Shown: one piece after another, positions 62,010 through 64,000 of the stretch
Layout: each line of letters starts with the position of its first letter
Numbering within the stretch: position 1 is the stretch's first letter
DNA from: an uncultured Gemmatimonadaceae bacterium
Lineage (GTDB): Bacteria > Gemmatimonadota > Gemmatimonadetes > Gemmatimonadales > Gemmatimonadaceae
Length of the DNA: 64,000 bases
Direction: 5' to 3'
NCBI GenBank assembly: GCA_963761305.1
Contig: CAVXGK010000002.1
Location: 3,328,001-3,392,000 of the forward strand
Position numbers and translations under genes: made by a program
Notes under the pieces: model-generated
The model's input: only the letters and a program-made list of their open reading frames with translations
Told to the model about the DNA's origin: nothing
Database searches by the model: none

Positions 62010-62129
62010 TCGGGCCCGCGGATCCGCGCGTGAGGAACGGATCGGCGTGGCGGCTGGTTCATGACGTCCAGCAGCATCGCCGTCGTGTACTCGGCTTCGG
62101 CCTCTTCCCAGCTGGCCAAAACCATGGTG

Positions 62130-62775
62130 TCAACTCAGCGAGAACGGCGGATACTCGTCGTGCAGCAACAGGAGGTACGCCTCCACGCGCGTGCTCCAGC
62201 GCAACGCGCCGACGCCGAAGTTGTAGAGCGATGCCGGGAATTCGCCGGTCAGAATGATCATGACCCACGCGATGAGCGTGGTGATCGCCCACGCGACGCC
62301 GATAAACCACAGGGCGATGAACTGCGGTATGAGCAGGATGATTCGAAACGCCACGGACAACCGATTGCGCGCCCCGGCGGGAGACTCGAACTGGAGCGAT
62401 GCTGGATACTCGGCGTCGCCGAATGGCGGATACTCGTCGCGGAGCAAGGCGAAGTAGGCGGCGGCGCGGACGCGCCAGCGTAGATAGTAGAGCGCGAGAC
62501 TGCGAAGGCCCGCGGGATACTCTCCGCCGAACACGATCGCAAACCACGCGATGAGTGCGCAGACTCCCGCGACGGCGCCGAGCACTCCGGGCGTCGCGCC
62601 CCACTGGGCGGTGGGCTGGCTAGACGAGCGCCACGCGATCGTCAAACCAAACGTGAGGGGTGTGCCGACGAGCAGGAGATGCGGGATCGCGAGAATGGGC
62701 CGAAACGCGACCGTGAGGCGGTTTCGACCGGTGAGCGCCGGCGCGACTGAGACATCGACGACGTGTTCAGGCATG
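62130..62775 (-). CDS. DUF4389-like membrane protein (intact copy)
   Basis: Two repeats of RNRLxVAFR...DEYPPF. Confidence 0.85.
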
Positions 62776-63072
62776 GTCGGACTCACCGCACGACGCAGCC
62801 GCTGATCTCGACGCGACCGTCGCGCGCGCGTACAGGTCGGGGACCTGCGCGCCGCGTTTAGCCCAATGAAGATCGTAGACGGGGTCCCTGGCGCCGAACC
62901 CAGTGAGTCGGTCCAGGCCGAGTGGGTCCCGATGTCGGCGTTCCAGGCGCAAAGTCGTGTTCATCGTTAGTGCGCGGAGAAGGCGCGCTGCCGTCTTGTC
63001 AGGTTCGGCGGGTGCGGGCGCCTTGTTCTGGCACCGGCCGGGGGCCACTCACAACTATCGAAGGAGATCGAC

Positions 63073-64000
63073 ATGTCGACGAACCGCGCAGCAGAGATCG
63101 AGCGTCAGATTATTTCGAGGACGGCCGCGACCGACACCTCTGCTGTAACGACCGACCGGGCAGGCAAACCCACATCAGAACACGAGGCGCCCGCACCGAA
63201 GTACCGCTTTCCCGCCAATCCGCCGCGGCGTCCTCAGCAGCTACGCAAGCGATTTGGTTCGCAGCCTGCGCTGCCTCACCTCAGTCCGAGCGAGCTGCGA
63301 TTCGTCGAAACCATTGAGCCAGATTTTGTTTGGATCGAGAGCGTGCAGTGGGGGAACTTGGTCCCGCAAGACGCCTCGTACAAGGGCAGCGCCGGCGGCG
63401 GCAACTCCATCTATGTGCAGCCGCAAGGCGCGATGCGACTGAACTACCACATCTGGAAAGGCATACTTCCGTTCACCGAAGGGGTGCTCGTTGCGAAGGT
63501 TGGCGATGGAGTGATGTCGCCGACGCATTTGGATGTGACCTTGTCAGCTCCGCTTTCAGACACAACCGGCGTGTTCGAAGTGAGCGACTGGCTCGCGCCG
63601 TTTCCGAATACGCTCTTCGGCTACCACCAGGTTGTGCTCGAACTTTGGGCGGTAAATCCTGAAGGTCAGCCCTTGCCTCCCGAATCCCAAGGCGATGTCG
63701 CCGACCCGAGGTTGTTCAGTCTGGAGAGTTCAGACTGGGCCTGGCTCTGGATCGATCCTCAGTGCCAAAAGTACGGCGGACTTGCCTGGACCAAGCTGAC
63801 GAATTTCAGCGTCACGCCGACGACGGTCGCGCTTGATGCGAGCGGAACCAAGATCGGAGCAAACCAGAAGGTCACAGTCGAGTGGCAGTGCACTGACGCG
63901 GGCCTGCCCGAGACGCAGTACGGCTATCCCGGCAGCTGGCGCGGCATCCGGATCTACCTCCCCGACGGGTCAGCGGTCGATAGTCAGGCCATGGCCGGTC
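63073..64000 (+). CDS. Hypothetical protein, runs off the window
   Basis: AAGGAG RBS at 63061-63066, ATG 63073, no stop seen in this frame to the window end (MSTNRAAEIERQIISR...). Confidence 0.7.
   Translation, partial: MSTNRAAEIERQIISRTAATDTSAVTTDRAGKPTSEHEAPAPKYRFPANPPRRPQQLRKRFGSQPALPHLSPSELRFVETIEPDFVWIESVQWGNLVPQDASYKGSAGGGNSIYVQPQGAMRLNYHIWKGILPFTEGVLVAKVGDGVMSPTHLDVTLSAPLSDTTGVFEVSDWLAPFPNTLFGYHQVVLELWAVNPEGQPLPPESQGDVADPRLFSLESSDWAWLWIDPQCQKYGGLAWTKLTNFSVTPTTVALDASGTKIGANQKVTVEWQCTDAGLPETQYGYPGSWRGIRIYLPDGSAVDSQAMAG

Overview
High-GC bacterial DNA. The run of Hanks-type Ser/Thr kinases with PD40 or TolB-N/TPR tails, Uma2 paralogues and small lipoproteins is typical of Gemmatimonadota (inference from gene content). 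Layout: (i) 1-14.8 kb, four intact Ser/Thr kinases plus a probable kinase tail, a cNMP-binding histidine kinase, an Ig-like lipoprotein, Uma2 and NlpC/P60. (ii) 15.0-22.7 kb, the most striking locus: two tandem 48-aa peptide genes identical at 42 of the first 44 residues, ending ELEERIAP plus a variable 4-aa tail (RVVF / TRIL). They are followed by a terminator and an operon for a GAF-HlyD protein, a membrane-fusion protein and a PqqD/RRE-like-M50 peptidase-HlyD fusion. A divergent SARP/BTAD-AAA regulator faces them, and heptamer direct repeats sit at SARP-like spacing in front of a -10 box for the peptide genes. This looks like a self-contained leader-peptide processing/export (signalling or RiPP-like) system with no tailoring enzymes. 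(iii) A disrupted BNR/VPS10-type glycosyl hydrolase. (iv) A ~7.6 kb island between two kinase-tail remnants, with LuxR, OmpR-type, AraC and TPR regulators and a small Cys-containing lipopeptide. (v) A membrane coiled-coil/vWA-lipoprotein pair, DoxX/HxlR, twin trypsin-like proteases with LuxR, pgm and an AI-2E transporter, interspersed with about 11 copies or fragments of a ~350-bp two-hairpin REP/BIME-like repeat. (vi) 48-63 kb, a toxin-antitoxin/Uma2-rich region containing a ~1.8 kb direct duplication and a 215-bp MITE-like element. Many genes carry single frameshifts or in-frame stops, probably partly sequencing or assembly error. No rRNA, tRNA, CRISPR array or transposase was recognised. 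All family assignments come from motif recognition, not database searches.
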